A stretch of DNA of 64,000 nt from an uncultured Candidatus Binatia bacterium (GTDB taxonomy: Bacteria; Desulfobacterota; Binatia; Bin18). Location of the stretch: the NCBI GenBank assembly GCA_965200965.1, contig OZ241744.1, forward strand, positions 416,001-480,000. Reading direction: 5' to 3'. This document shows, in pieces, positions 20,527 to 29,595 of this stretch. The position numbers and the translations under genes are program-made. The notes below the pieces were generated by a model, which worked only from the letters and a program-made list of their open reading frames with translations, was not told where the DNA came from and made no database searches. The number at the start of each line of letters is the position of its first letter. The stretch's first letter is position 1.

Positions 20527-20991
20527 ATGTCTATAGTTCCTGACCGGACAACACTGACCGGCAAAATCTTTGCGCCGGTCACATATACCATTCGTGAAGA
20601 AGATATTCGGGACTATCTGCCAGTGGCCGGCGAAGACAAGCGGGCCTTCCAAAGCGAGGCAGACTCGCGGGCAGGCGGCTACGGCGGCTGGGTGATCCCG
20701 CCGTCTTTTGGCCCATATGTGGCTGTGATCAGCATGTTGCGCTCGTTCGACTGGCAGCGAGACTTTTTCATGGACTACAAGACAGATACCGCCATGTTTG
20801 GCGAGCAGGAGTTGGAGTACCGGCGACCGCTGTATGTAGGCGAGACCTTCACCGTCCAGGGCCGGGTGTCCGATGTGTACGAGAAAACGGGCAAACGCGT
20901 GTTTGATGTGATCTGGGTGTCGTTTACTGCGACGGACGAATCCGGGGCAACGGCGTTCAGCGGTACCCAGTCCTATCTTGTCTTCAAATAG
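20527..20991 (+). CDS. MaoC/FAS1-type hot-dog dehydratase, N-terminal-type subunit
   Basis: PPSF, FGEQELEYRRPL.VGE. Confidence 0.75.
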   Translation: MSIVPDRTTLTGKIFAPVTYTIREEDIRDYLPVAGEDKRAFQSEADSRAGGYGGWVIPPSFGPYVAVISMLRSFDWQRDFFMDYKTDTAMFGEQELEYRRPLYVGETFTVQGRVSDVYEKTGKRVFDVIWVSFTATDESGATAFSGTQSYLVFK

Positions 20992-21001
20992 GGAGCCGGG
21001 C

Positions 21002-21445
21002 ATGGACAGGCGCCCAAAAGTGTATTTTGAAGACGTGGCTGAGGGCATGGACATCCCCAGCGTGACCTATGGGCCGATGGACCGCTACGCCTATATTCCG
21101 ATTGCGTTTATTCTGCGCGACCCCAACCCGCTCCACCTCGACCGGGGCTACGCCCATGAGCGCGACTTGCCCGATGTGGTCCAGCAAGGGCCGCTGAACG
21201 AGACCTTTTTGTACCGCTTTGTGACCGACTGGCTGCATGACCCCTGGGATCTCCGCCGGACCAAGGTCCGCTTTGTCGGCAACGCCTTTCCCGATGACAT
21301 GTTGACCTGCCGAGGGGCCATAACGCGGACCTACCGGAGCGACGACGGTGAGCCACGGGTCGATTGCCACATCTGGCAGGAAAATCAGCACGGCGAGCGG
21401 ATTTTGAGCGGCGAGGCCACGTTTACCCTGCCGGAGAAGAGATAG
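21002..21445 (+). CDS. MaoC-family dehydratase
   Basis: YFEDV.EG, DPNPLHLD..YA...LPDVV.QG. Confidence 0.8.
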   Translation: MDRRPKVYFEDVAEGMDIPSVTYGPMDRYAYIPIAFILRDPNPLHLDRGYAHERDLPDVVQQGPLNETFLYRFVTDWLHDPWDLRRTKVRFVGNAFPDDMLTCRGAITRTYRSDDGEPRVDCHIWQENQHGERILSGEATFTLPEKR

Positions 21446-21454
21446 GACGCTCTG

Positions 21455-22172
21455 GTGCGGCAGAACGAGAGGCGAAAGGAAATACAGACGAACCTCAAAA
21501 GTCTCGTAGAGAATAACGACACTCCTCAAGGGCGTGTCTTTGACCTGACGATCCAAGGGCTGATCGTGGCTTCACTGATCTCCTCCTCAGTAAATACACT
21601 TCCCACCTTGTCTCAAACGACCCTCACCTGTCTGTCTCATACTCAGGTCGCCATCGTGGCGATTTTTACAGCGGAATACATTCTCAGAATTGTTGTCGCT
21701 GACAGCAAGATTCGGTTCATGCGGAGCTTCCAGAATTCTGCGTCTGCTGAGGCTTTTTCACATGTTCAAATTGTTTCGCTACAACTCAGCAATTGAACGC
21801 TTTCATCGGGCGCTCATCCTCGTCAGGGAAGAACTGGTCCTCTTTTCTATTGTCTCTGCCATGTTGCTCTATTTCGCAGCAGTGGGCATTTACTGGTTTG
21901 AGCACACCGCCCAGCCAGAGGCTTTTTCTTCGGTCTTTCAAGGTTTCTGGTGGGCAATAGCAACCCTGACGACAGTAGGCTACGGTGACATTTACCCTGT
22001 AACGACAGGCGGGAAGGTGTTCACGCTCCTGGTCCTGGTGATCGGCCTTGGTGTCGTTGCCGTCCCAACGGGGATTGTTGCCGCGGCGCTGTCCGCAGCC
22101 CGCAGCCGTGATCCTGAGTCGTCGCCACCTCCAGCGGATCACGGTGACAATGAGCGCCGTCCTGTCCGCTGA
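21455..22172 (+). pseudogene. voltage-gated-type K+ channel (ion transporter) with internal deletion/frameshift
   Basis: S1-S2 (FTAEYILRI) and S4-S6 (RILRLLRL, TTVGYGD) in different frames; S3 region missing near 21720. Confidence 0.75.
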
Positions 22173-22761
22173 AAAGCAGCGCCTGCGAGCCTTGCTGCGG
22201 ACGCAGAGGCGGAATCTGACACCGGGCCAAGTCGCCGAAAAGAGCCGCGTTATTGTTGAGCGTCTGTGCGCCTTTTCTCTCTTTCAGAACGCCAAGCTCA
22301 TCGTCAGCTACGCCTCAGACGCCAACGAAGTCCAGACCGAAGCGGTGTGGGATGCGGCTCAGCCGAAGGCCGTCTATTACCCGCGTATCAGCGCCGACCG
22401 GACCCGGCTCGACTTTGTGCGGCGCTCTCCAGATGAGCCGCTTCTTGTCGGCCTGTTCGGGATTCGGACCCCCCCCGGCAATGAGCGCTTGACAGCCGGG
22501 CAGGCCAGAGACGCTATTGTCCTCACCCCTGGCCTCGGCTTTGATGTCCAGGGCCGTCGCCTAGGCCGGGGAAGGGGCTATTATGACCGGGCTTTTTGTC
22601 ATCTCTTGGCCGGCGCGGTGCGGGTCGCCCTGGCCTATGATCATCAAGTCCTGGGGCGCATTCCCAGTGGGCCGCTCGACGAACGGGTCAATTGGATTCT
22701 TACCGAGAGTCGGCTGATCGACTGCCGGGCAAACCCGCGTCGCAAGCGGCTTGAGTTCTGA
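22150..22761 (+). CDS. 5-formyltetrahydrofolate cyclo-ligase
   Basis: K..LR, NEVQT, PGLGFD..GRRLGRGRGYYDR. Confidence 0.9.
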   Translation: MSAVLSAEKQRLRALLRTQRRNLTPGQVAEKSRVIVERLCAFSLFQNAKLIVSYASDANEVQTEAVWDAAQPKAVYYPRISADRTRLDFVRRSPDEPLLVGLFGIRTPPGNERLTAGQARDAIVLTPGLGFDVQGRRLGRGRGYYDRAFCHLLAGAVRVALAYDHQVLGRIPSGPLDERVNWILTESRLIDCRANPRRKRLEF

Positions 22762-22819
22762 GTCGGGGATGTCCTGCCCGCCCTTGTCTTCCCCGCCACT
22801 GCCCGATACGAATGTCCGT

Positions 22820-23824
22820 ATGGCAGCCCGTCGCTTCTCTCGTCCTGAGGAGGTCCTCGCGCGCCTGACCAAAGAGCCGCTTGCCGCCCTGTATCTGTTT
22901 CATGGTGATGAGGCGTATCTAATCGATCGGGCGGTTGATCTCGTCCGTCGCAGTCTGCCCGAGGCGGCGGTCCAGACCTTTTACGCCGGCCAAGACCCGG
23001 TTGAGGCCCTCTTGGAGGCCTGGGGGGCGTCATCTTTATTCGCTCCTCAGACCCTGGTGATCCTGCGCAGCGCCGAGCAGCTCAGAGACGCCGAACGTGA
23101 GCGGCTGGCCCGGGAAGCCGAGCTCCGGAATGCGAGCCAACCCCTGGTAGTGTGTGCCCACGGTCGGCTGGAGTTGACCCGGAAGTTTTTTTCGCGGTGT
23201 GCAAAAACGGGCTTTGCCGCGGAATTTCGCCGGCCTTTTGCCAACCAGATGCCGGGCTGGGCGCAGCGCTTGGCGCGTGAACGACGGCTGTGGCTGAGTG
23301 ACGAGGCGGCGCAATTGCTGGCCGATCTGATCGGTCCCGATCTGTTGTCGCTGTCCACCGAGCTGGATAAGGTGGCGACCTTTGTCTTTCCCGACACCGA
23401 TATTGATGTCCAGGCGGTGGCGATCTGTACCGGCGATGTGCATCAACACAGTGCGTTTGAGCTGGCGGATGCGCTGGGCCTGCGCGACCGGAAAAAAGCC
23501 TTGGGCTTACTGCGCCGGGTCTTGACCGATGAGCGGCAAGCTGTGCCGGTCCTGCACGCCCTGGTGGGGCATTTTCGTCGCCTGTGGCAGCTGCGCGACG
23601 CCCAGGACCAGGGGCTGCCGGAGTCTCACATCGAGCGAACGCTGGGCCTGCGTGGGCAGCGTCTGCGGAAACTGCTGAACCAGAGCCGCCTCTACTCTGC
23701 CCCGGACCTGCGCCGGGTCTTGCACCGGGCGGCCGCGCTTGATCGGCGGCTCAAGTCGGCCCGGACTTCGGCCGGGGTCCTGTTTGATGCCCTCGTTTTC
23801 GATATCTGTACACGGCCACGGTAA
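22820..23824 (+). CDS. holA: DNA polymerase III delta subunit
   Basis: YLFHGDE.YL, SLFAP, ELDKV, FELADA. Confidence 0.85.
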   Translation: MAARRFSRPEEVLARLTKEPLAALYLFHGDEAYLIDRAVDLVRRSLPEAAVQTFYAGQDPVEALLEAWGASSLFAPQTLVILRSAEQLRDAERERLAREAELRNASQPLVVCAHGRLELTRKFFSRCAKTGFAAEFRRPFANQMPGWAQRLARERRLWLSDEAAQLLADLIGPDLLSLSTELDKVATFVFPDTDIDVQAVAICTGDVHQHSAFELADALGLRDRKKALGLLRRVLTDERQAVPVLHALVGHFRRLWQLRDAQDQGLPESHIERTLGLRGQRLRKLLNQSRLYSAPDLRRVLHRAAALDRRLKSARTSAGVLFDALVFDICTRPR

Positions 23825-23883
23825 AAGCGAAGCCTTCCAACACAGCCGGCAAAAGGCCCTACCCGGACCTCCATCGGGAGCGA

Positions 23884-24108
23884 ATGAGCAACTCCACTTT
23901 GCCCTTTTTTACCCAGACCGAGGCAGGACCAGCACCCGATCGGGCGGCTCAGCCGCCTGGGTCGGGGTCAGAACTGAAACACCTTCTGGGAGCGGCACAA
24001 AACGCCCCGCTCAAAGCCTCGGCCAAGGAGTTGAATGCTGCCCTGCCGCTCGAGTTTCATGAGGAGAGCCTCACCCGGGCCCTTGACCTTGTCCGCGGGC
24101 GGGCGTGA
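23884..24108 (+). CDS. small hypothetical protein
   Basis: GGGAG RBS, 74-aa ORF, no recognisable motif. Confidence 0.3.
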   Translation: MSNSTLPFFTQTEAGPAPDRAAQPPGSGSELKHLLGAAQNAPLKASAKELNAALPLEFHEESLTRALDLVRGRA

Positions 24109-24237
24109 GCTCCTCGGATGAGGAGTACCGCAGTCGCCGCGGTATTGGACAGGCCCGCTGGTTGTTGGTCACGCGTCAGCAGGGGCAGGACCCAGTCCCC
24201 AGGGGGGGTCTTGACCAGGAGTTGCCGGGCATGGGGC

Positions 24238-24561
24238 TAAAGAAAACCCGACAGTGCTACAATCCCGTGTGGGATTGTCCCGCGGGTGATGAGGCGCGGG
24301 CTGTCGGGATTCCGGTAGTGCCTGGGTCCTCCCAAGCGACTACCCCACTTTGGGTCGTCGGCCTAGGAGGCCACCACCTCACAGCTCACCATCGTAGTAC
24401 ACATCTTTGGACCACCTCCTTTCTTGGCGCACCCGCTGCGGGGCCAGAAACCGCTGTACCAGGAACCGATCGCCAATACCGGCCCGAGGCTCGGTCCACT
24501 CCGTCCTGCCGTATTGCAGGAAGCGGAGCGTCAAGGCCTGTGTCTGCCTGACCGAACAGTT
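24238..24561 (-). ncRNA. candidate structured RNA carrying a 13-aa ORF, ending in a branched stem plus U-tract
   Basis: stems 24247-54/24301-08, 24259-66/24271-78, 24279-84/24295-300, 24314-19/24339-44; a G-U pair forms only on the minus strand; TATACT at 24573-24568; ends approximate. Confidence 0.5.
24363..24404 (-). CDS. 13-aa peptide MCTTMVSCEVVAS
   Basis: very strong RBS AAAGGAGGTGGT 6 nt upstream of ATG; stop TAG lies in hairpin GGCCT-CCT-AGGCC. Confidence 0.55.
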   Translation of the reverse strand: MCTTMVSCEVVAS

Positions 24562-24657
24562 CCTGCCAGTATACGTCAAAACACTCACGAGGTCCAGCTT
24601 TGTCCGCGCCTTGCCCTTGCGCAAAGCCGGACCACACTATACTCTAAGCTTTGACGT

Positions 24658-25491
24658 ATGCCATACTTTCACGCTGTTGCGCTTTTCGAGTGTCGTGGGC
24701 CGTCCTTACAGGAAATGGACCGGACCGCGGCTTCCCTGCTGGCGTCGGTCTCCCACCGACGGCTCCGCTATGTTGAACATGAGACGGTTCCGGCCGCGGC
24801 CGGGCCGGACGTCAGCCTGCCACATTTTACCGTCTTTGCCGACTTTGATGTCGAAGCTCATAGCGAGGAAAAAGCGGCCGAGCTTGTGGATGAGGTGCTT
24901 GACGCCGTCTCAAGCGATGCCCTCCAGTATTTTTCCCACGGCCTTGTGTCGGGCGAGCAGCGGGTTCGCCGCTCGCGGCCGGCGGCTGAGGACGATGAAC
25001 AGGAGACGAACGGTGCGCCACGCGGCGGGCGGAGCGGACGACGACGTGGGGGCCGCGGGCGGGGGAGAGGCTCAAGGGCTGAGACACCGGCCGTCAGCCC
25101 GACGGCACCACAAGACCTGCCGGCGGACGGCGGTGCTGAGCAGGACAACCCACCGTTAGCTGCGGCAGACGACAGTGCCATAGAGGAAATCCCGGTTGAC
25201 GCTCCGCCGGAAGAGATCCCGGTCGAACCTGAGCCGTCGCGTCCTCCCTCTCGCAGCTCGGCCTCCATGCAGGTCAAAACGACTGTTACCCTGCGGGCGT
25301 CCGAGTTGCCGGCCAGCGGTGATGCTGACGAGTTGATCGCTCTGGCCACGACCGAGGCGCGTCGCCAACATCCAGACTTGCCCGGCGATGCCCCAGAATC
25401 GGATGTGTCCTTGCTGCCCTGGGGTGAGACGGTTCTGACCCTGAGTTGGAGCTACGACCTGCCGGTCCCGTCGGCCCACAGCAGCGACTGA
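24658..25491 (+). CDS. hypothetical protein with RGG-rich and acidic disordered linker
   Basis: 277-aa ORF, genome-like codon style, folded-looking termini around RGGRSGRRRGGRGRGRG. Confidence 0.65.
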   Translation: MPYFHAVALFECRGPSLQEMDRTAASLLASVSHRRLRYVEHETVPAAAGPDVSLPHFTVFADFDVEAHSEEKAAELVDEVLDAVSSDALQYFSHGLVSGEQRVRRSRPAAEDDEQETNGAPRGGRSGRRRGGRGRGRGSRAETPAVSPTAPQDLPADGGAEQDNPPLAAADDSAIEEIPVDAPPEEIPVEPEPSRPPSRSSASMQVKTTVTLRASELPASGDADELIALATTEARRQHPDLPGDAPESDVSLLPWGETVLTLSWSYDLPVPSAHSSD

Positions 25492-25682
25492 ACACCTCTC
25501 TCCCTGGCCGGCACATTGTGCCGGCCGCCACCGGTCTGAAGCGCTGTACAGCGCTCTTTCACAGCCGCCGCCCGGACTGTCTTGACGGGCGGGAATACCC
25601 GCTTGTGTACGACCCGCCGGCCCTGGTTCTCGCTTTTTCCCGGACCGAGTGCTACACCACAGAACGATACTGGAGGGATCGT

Positions 25683-26909
25683 ATGGAAAACGGGAATCCG
25701 CTGCCGCCCATGTTGGACGATGTCACCGTGCTCGATTTTACCCAATACCTGGCCGGGCCGACCGTGACCCGACTGATGGCCGAAATGGGGGCTCATATTA
25801 TCAAGGTTGAACAAGCCCCGAGCGGCGACCCGTCGCGTGCCCTGCCGTTCATCAAAGATGGCCGCAGCGGGTATTTTGTTCAGCAGAACCGGGGCAAACG
25901 CAGTCTGTGTCTCGACTTTGCCAAGCCGCAAGCCCTTGACCTGCTGCACTCCCTTATTCCCACTGTTGATATCGTGGTTGAGAACTATGGCCCTGGCGTA
26001 CTGGAGAAGCGCGACCTGGATTACGCCGCGCTGAAAAAGCTCCATCCCAAGCTCATCATGGTCTCCATCTCGGCCTTTGGCCGCAAAAGCCCGCTGTCGC
26101 ATCGGGTCGGCTACGATCTGATCGCCCAGGCATTTTCCGGCATTATGCACATGACCGGAGAGCCGGACGGACCGCCGCAGTTTGTCGGGCTGGGCATGGC
26201 CGATGTCAGCAGTGGCGTCCACGCCTTTGCCGCCCTCGGCTATGCCCTCTACTACCGCGACAAGACAGGGGTCGGACAGCACATTGACCTGGCCATGATT
26301 GACGCGCTGTACCACATGCACGAGGTCAATCTCCAGGTGCATAGCCTGAGCGGTGGAGCCTATGTGCCACAGCGGACCGGTGCCCATCATCCGCTGGTGT
26401 GTCCGGTCGGCACCTTCAAGGGTCCCCAGGGCTGGATCGTGATTCTGGTGCTTGACCGTCAGTGGGAGAATCTGTGTCAGGCCATGAAGCGGCCCGAGCT
26501 GATCACCGATCCACGCTATGCCACCGGCCCCGACCGGGCGACCAACCAGAAAGCGCTGATCGCCACGCTTGAAGCCTGGCTCCAGAGCTTTCCCGACGAC
26601 GCAGCCGCCCTGCGGGCCCTCGAAGAACACCGGGTGCCGTCCGCGCCAGTCATGTCGATTGTAGACACTATCCACCACGAGTATTTCCACGCGCGTGACA
26701 TGGTGCGGACTGTGCCAGACCCCATTCTGGGCGAAGTCACCATTCCCGGCTTTCCGCTGAAATACTCGGAGTTTCCAGCACCCCCCGAACTGCACGCGCC
26801 GCTGCTCGGCCAGCATAACGCCGCGGTACTGCACGACCAGCTCGGGTATTCCTCAGCCCAGATAGCCGTGCTGGAAAACGCGGGGGTGCTCCACCGCGGC
26901 GATACCTGA
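25683..26909 (+). CDS. CaiB/BaiF CoA-transferase family III
   Basis: DFTQYLAGP, IIKVE, NRGKRS, VVENY.PG, GYDLIAQA. Confidence 0.92.
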   Translation: MENGNPLPPMLDDVTVLDFTQYLAGPTVTRLMAEMGAHIIKVEQAPSGDPSRALPFIKDGRSGYFVQQNRGKRSLCLDFAKPQALDLLHSLIPTVDIVVENYGPGVLEKRDLDYAALKKLHPKLIMVSISAFGRKSPLSHRVGYDLIAQAFSGIMHMTGEPDGPPQFVGLGMADVSSGVHAFAALGYALYYRDKTGVGQHIDLAMIDALYHMHEVNLQVHSLSGGAYVPQRTGAHHPLVCPVGTFKGPQGWIVILVLDRQWENLCQAMKRPELITDPRYATGPDRATNQKALIATLEAWLQSFPDDAAALRALEEHRVPSAPVMSIVDTIHHEYFHARDMVRTVPDPILGEVTIPGFPLKYSEFPAPPELHAPLLGQHNAAVLHDQLGYSSAQIAVLENAGVLHRGDT

Positions 26910-26936
26910 GCGAATCATCAGAAAAGGAGGCCACCA

Positions 26937-27845
26937 ATGGCACTGATCCCCGCTGAAGCAGTCGAAATTTTTGGCTCCGGCGTGTTGCGCGCCGAAGGCG
27001 TGGTCGTAGACAAAGAGGGCAATGTCTGGGGCGGCGGTCGCCGCGGCCAGGTGTATAAGGTCAATCCCGACGGGGTGGTCCACGAGTTGGCCCAGTTGCC
27101 CGACCGGGCGATTCCCAACGGGGTCACGCTCGACCGTGAGGGCAATTTTGTGTACTGCGATCTGCGTCATAAGGCGGTCATGCGGCTGTCGCCTGAGGAC
27201 GGCACGGTCTCCATGATTGCCGACCGTGCCGGGAACCTTCCGCTTTCCATCCCCAACTTTGCCAGTTACGACGCCGAGGGCAATCTGTATGTCTCAAACT
27301 CCAGTACGCAGGAGGGCAGCAAGGTCTTTGGCGAGTTTACCAACCCCCAGCCCAATGGGGCAGTAGTGCGGATTCGGCCCGACGGCCGGGGCGAGGTGGT
27401 TGCCACCGGGATGTATTTTGCCAACGGCACGGCCATTGACCCTAACGAAGACGCGGTCTATGTCCTGGAGAGTTCCCGCAACGACTGTGTCCGTATCCCG
27501 ATCAAAAAAGACGGGACCTTTGGCAAGCCCGAGATCTACGCCAGCGGCTTCCCGGCTCTGCCCGACGGCATGGCCTTTGACGTGGACCGCAATCTGTACA
27601 TCACCCTGCCGGGGGTGCCGACCGGCGACAAGCTGGAGCCCCGCAATACGGTCATCAAGGTTGATACCAAGGGCGAGTGGACCGCGCTGATTGACGACCC
27701 CGAGGGGGCCAAGCTGAGCTTTCCGACCAACTGCGCGTTTGGCGGACCCGATATGCAGACCTTGTACCTGGCCAACCTTGAAGGCGAGCATATGAACAAA
27801 GTCCACACCCCCTTCCGGGGCCATCGGCTCTACCACCAGCGATAA
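26937..27845 (+). CDS. SMP-30/gluconolactonase/LRE family protein
   Basis: AEG, PNG, FANG, PDG, PTNCAFGG beta-propeller motifs. Confidence 0.88.
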   Translation: MALIPAEAVEIFGSGVLRAEGVVVDKEGNVWGGGRRGQVYKVNPDGVVHELAQLPDRAIPNGVTLDREGNFVYCDLRHKAVMRLSPEDGTVSMIADRAGNLPLSIPNFASYDAEGNLYVSNSSTQEGSKVFGEFTNPQPNGAVVRIRPDGRGEVVATGMYFANGTAIDPNEDAVYVLESSRNDCVRIPIKKDGTFGKPEIYASGFPALPDGMAFDVDRNLYITLPGVPTGDKLEPRNTVIKVDTKGEWTALIDDPEGAKLSFPTNCAFGGPDMQTLYLANLEGEHMNKVHTPFRGHRLYHQR

Positions 27846-27857
27846 AAGGGCCGGCCC

Positions 27858-27962
27858 ATGCACGCAAGCGACTCGCGTATTCTCACCACCCATGTCGGCA
27901 GTCTGCCCCGCAGCCCGGCCCTGGCCGAGCTGCTGATTGACCAGGAGCAGGGCAAAGCCAAG
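27858..27962 (+). pseudogene. N-terminal fragment of cobalamin-independent methionine synthase II-like protein
   Basis: RILTTHVGSLPR signature followed by unrelated sequence. Confidence 0.65.
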
Positions 27963-28225
27963 GTCAAAGAGGGGACGACGGTACAACGCACCCCGATTAT
28001 TGGGAGGGACGAGAGACGGGTGAAAGAGGCTCAGCAGACGGTCCACGCACTCTTTTACTCGCCGAATCACGCATTGATCTCAGTGGCGTATTTAAAGAGG
28101 GGTATGGAAGGGGCCAGACATGTGGCCCCACGCTGAGCATAAGACGAGGGTTTTCAGACGCTCAGTACCAGCGCAGAAGAGGACCGTGGGTGCTGAGCAT
28201 CCAAGCGACGCGGAGCACTGTCTTC

Positions 28226-28759
28226 CTATACTCCCACTATGTTGGCCGTCCAGCCTTTGTCTTTATCAACCGTAGTGGCCGAGATCTTCTGGGCGGCGTA
28301 ATACGCCACCAGTCCCAGGGCGTCTTTGATCTGCAAGCGCCCGATCGGCCCCGAGCTATAGGTCACATTCAGGATGTTGCGGGCGGGGTCAATGATAAAC
28401 GCCGCCGGCTGGATGATATTGCGCTCCTCTTCGTACCAGCAGGCCAGGGTGTTGGCGGTGGCCGGGCCGTCCACGCCGTACAGCACCGGAAACCGCAGGC
28501 CCGACTTCTCGACCGTCCGCCGGGCTTTGTCGAGCGGGTCGGTGGAGATGGCGTAGAGCGAAATGCCGGCGGCCTTGGCCTGCTCAAGATTGGCCTGGTA
28601 ATCAGCCAACTGCTGATCGCAGAACGGTCACCAGTGGGCCCGATAGCTCAGAACAATAGCGTAGGGGGTGGAGATATCGGCCGGCAGATTGACCGTCCCT
28701 CCGCCTACGCTCAGACCGCTGATGGCAGGAAAAGGATCACCGGGGTGGAGACGTTTCAT
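28226..28759 (-). CDS. AhpC/TSA peroxiredoxin-like selenoprotein (UxxC)
   Basis: MKRLHPGDPFP...YRAHW-TGA-PFC in frame with ORF 28226-28609; TGA (28630-28628, codon 44) is at the first position of the CxxC motif; AAGGAG RBS. Confidence 0.8.
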
Positions 28760-28899
28760 AGCTGCACTCCTTATCTCGGACGCACGCCAACTCAGGGGCG
28801 GGCGTCACGCGTGGTCCCAGCCATAGCCCCAGCCCGGCGGCGAGTCAAGGCAAGGCGCGGTCTTCTGTCACCGGGCGGCCTTGTGCTACACTCCGGTCC

Positions 28900-29595
28900 A
28901 TGACTCCCCCATCGTCCCCGTCGCCCGAGCCGAGCGTCCTGGCCTCCTTCCTGAAGCTGACCCGCTCGGCCTCCTCCATTCTTTTTACGGCCGTGCGAAA
29001 GGTGCCGGTCCTCGTCGTCTGCGTGCTGGTCCTGGCGGTTTTATACTACCGCAACCCGTCCCAGTTCCAGGACACTGCACCGGCTGAGCCGGCCCAAGCC
29101 AGCGTCGCGGCTGAGCCGCAACTTGACGCCATAGTCGGAGCATGGTTGCAGAACGGAAAGAAGGAGCCGGCCCAAGCCAGCGTCGCGGCTGAGCCGCAAC
29201 CGCCCCCTGAGTTGACGGTCGGACAACAGGCCCTGTGGCTGTGCGTGCAGCGGGTGGATTCTCACCTGACCGGCGGCGTGTGGTCGGATATCTACTACGG
29301 GATGGAGGCCACACTTGACGGAACGGCGGTGACGGTCAAGGTCACCGAGAAATGGAAAACGCTGTCTGAGAGCCGGCAAAAAGACTTGGCTCAGCTGCTG
29401 GTCGATACCTGGCTCAAGACCGGACAAACACTCCAGGTCCTCCGCACATCTCAAGAAACGCCCGCTGTGCTCATCCAAGCCTCGGGCGAGCCGTTCCGCG
29501 AGATTGTCATTCAGCGCCTGCCGGACGAGCAGACGGTGGCGGCCTGGAAGCCGGCCACCGGGGTGCAGCTTTTTGACCCCCAGACCGATGTCTAG
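28900..29595 (+). CDS. hypothetical single-TM protein with an internal 12-aa repeat
   Basis: [17 protein letters not shown]; [12 protein letters not shown] twice. Confidence 0.6.
   Translation: MTPPSSPSPEPSVLASFLKLTRSASSILFTAVRKVPVLVVCVLVLAVLYYRNPSQFQDTAPAEPAQASVAAEPQLDAIVGAWLQNGKKEPAQASVAAEPQPPPELTVGQQALWLCVQRVDSHLTGGVWSDIYYGMEATLDGTAVTVKVTEKWKTLSESRQKDLAQLLVDTWLKTGQTLQVLRTSQETPAVLIQASGEPFREIVIQRLPDEQTVAAWKPATGVQLFDPQTDV
29086..29200 (+). repeat. 37-bp direct repeat (29086-29122, 29164-29200) with 41-bp spacer
   Basis: gagccggcccaagccagcgtcgcggctgagccgcaac present twice, in frame. Confidence 0.85.

Noticed and set aside
21990-22150. 6S RNA upstream of 5-formyl-THF cyclo-ligase
   Set aside because: The upstream region is occupied by K+ channel coding sequence, leaving no room
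24105-24551. 148-aa plus-strand ORF across the structured region
   Set aside because: No motif; conflicts with the much stronger minus-strand RBS, peptide and terminator signals
27962-28220. Possible RNA element with repeated GCTGAGCAT
   Set aside because: Only short imperfect stems; indistinguishable from decayed sequence
29086-29200. Mini CRISPR array (37-bp repeat, 41-bp spacer)
   Set aside because: Only two repeats, in frame inside a coding sequence, no cas genes
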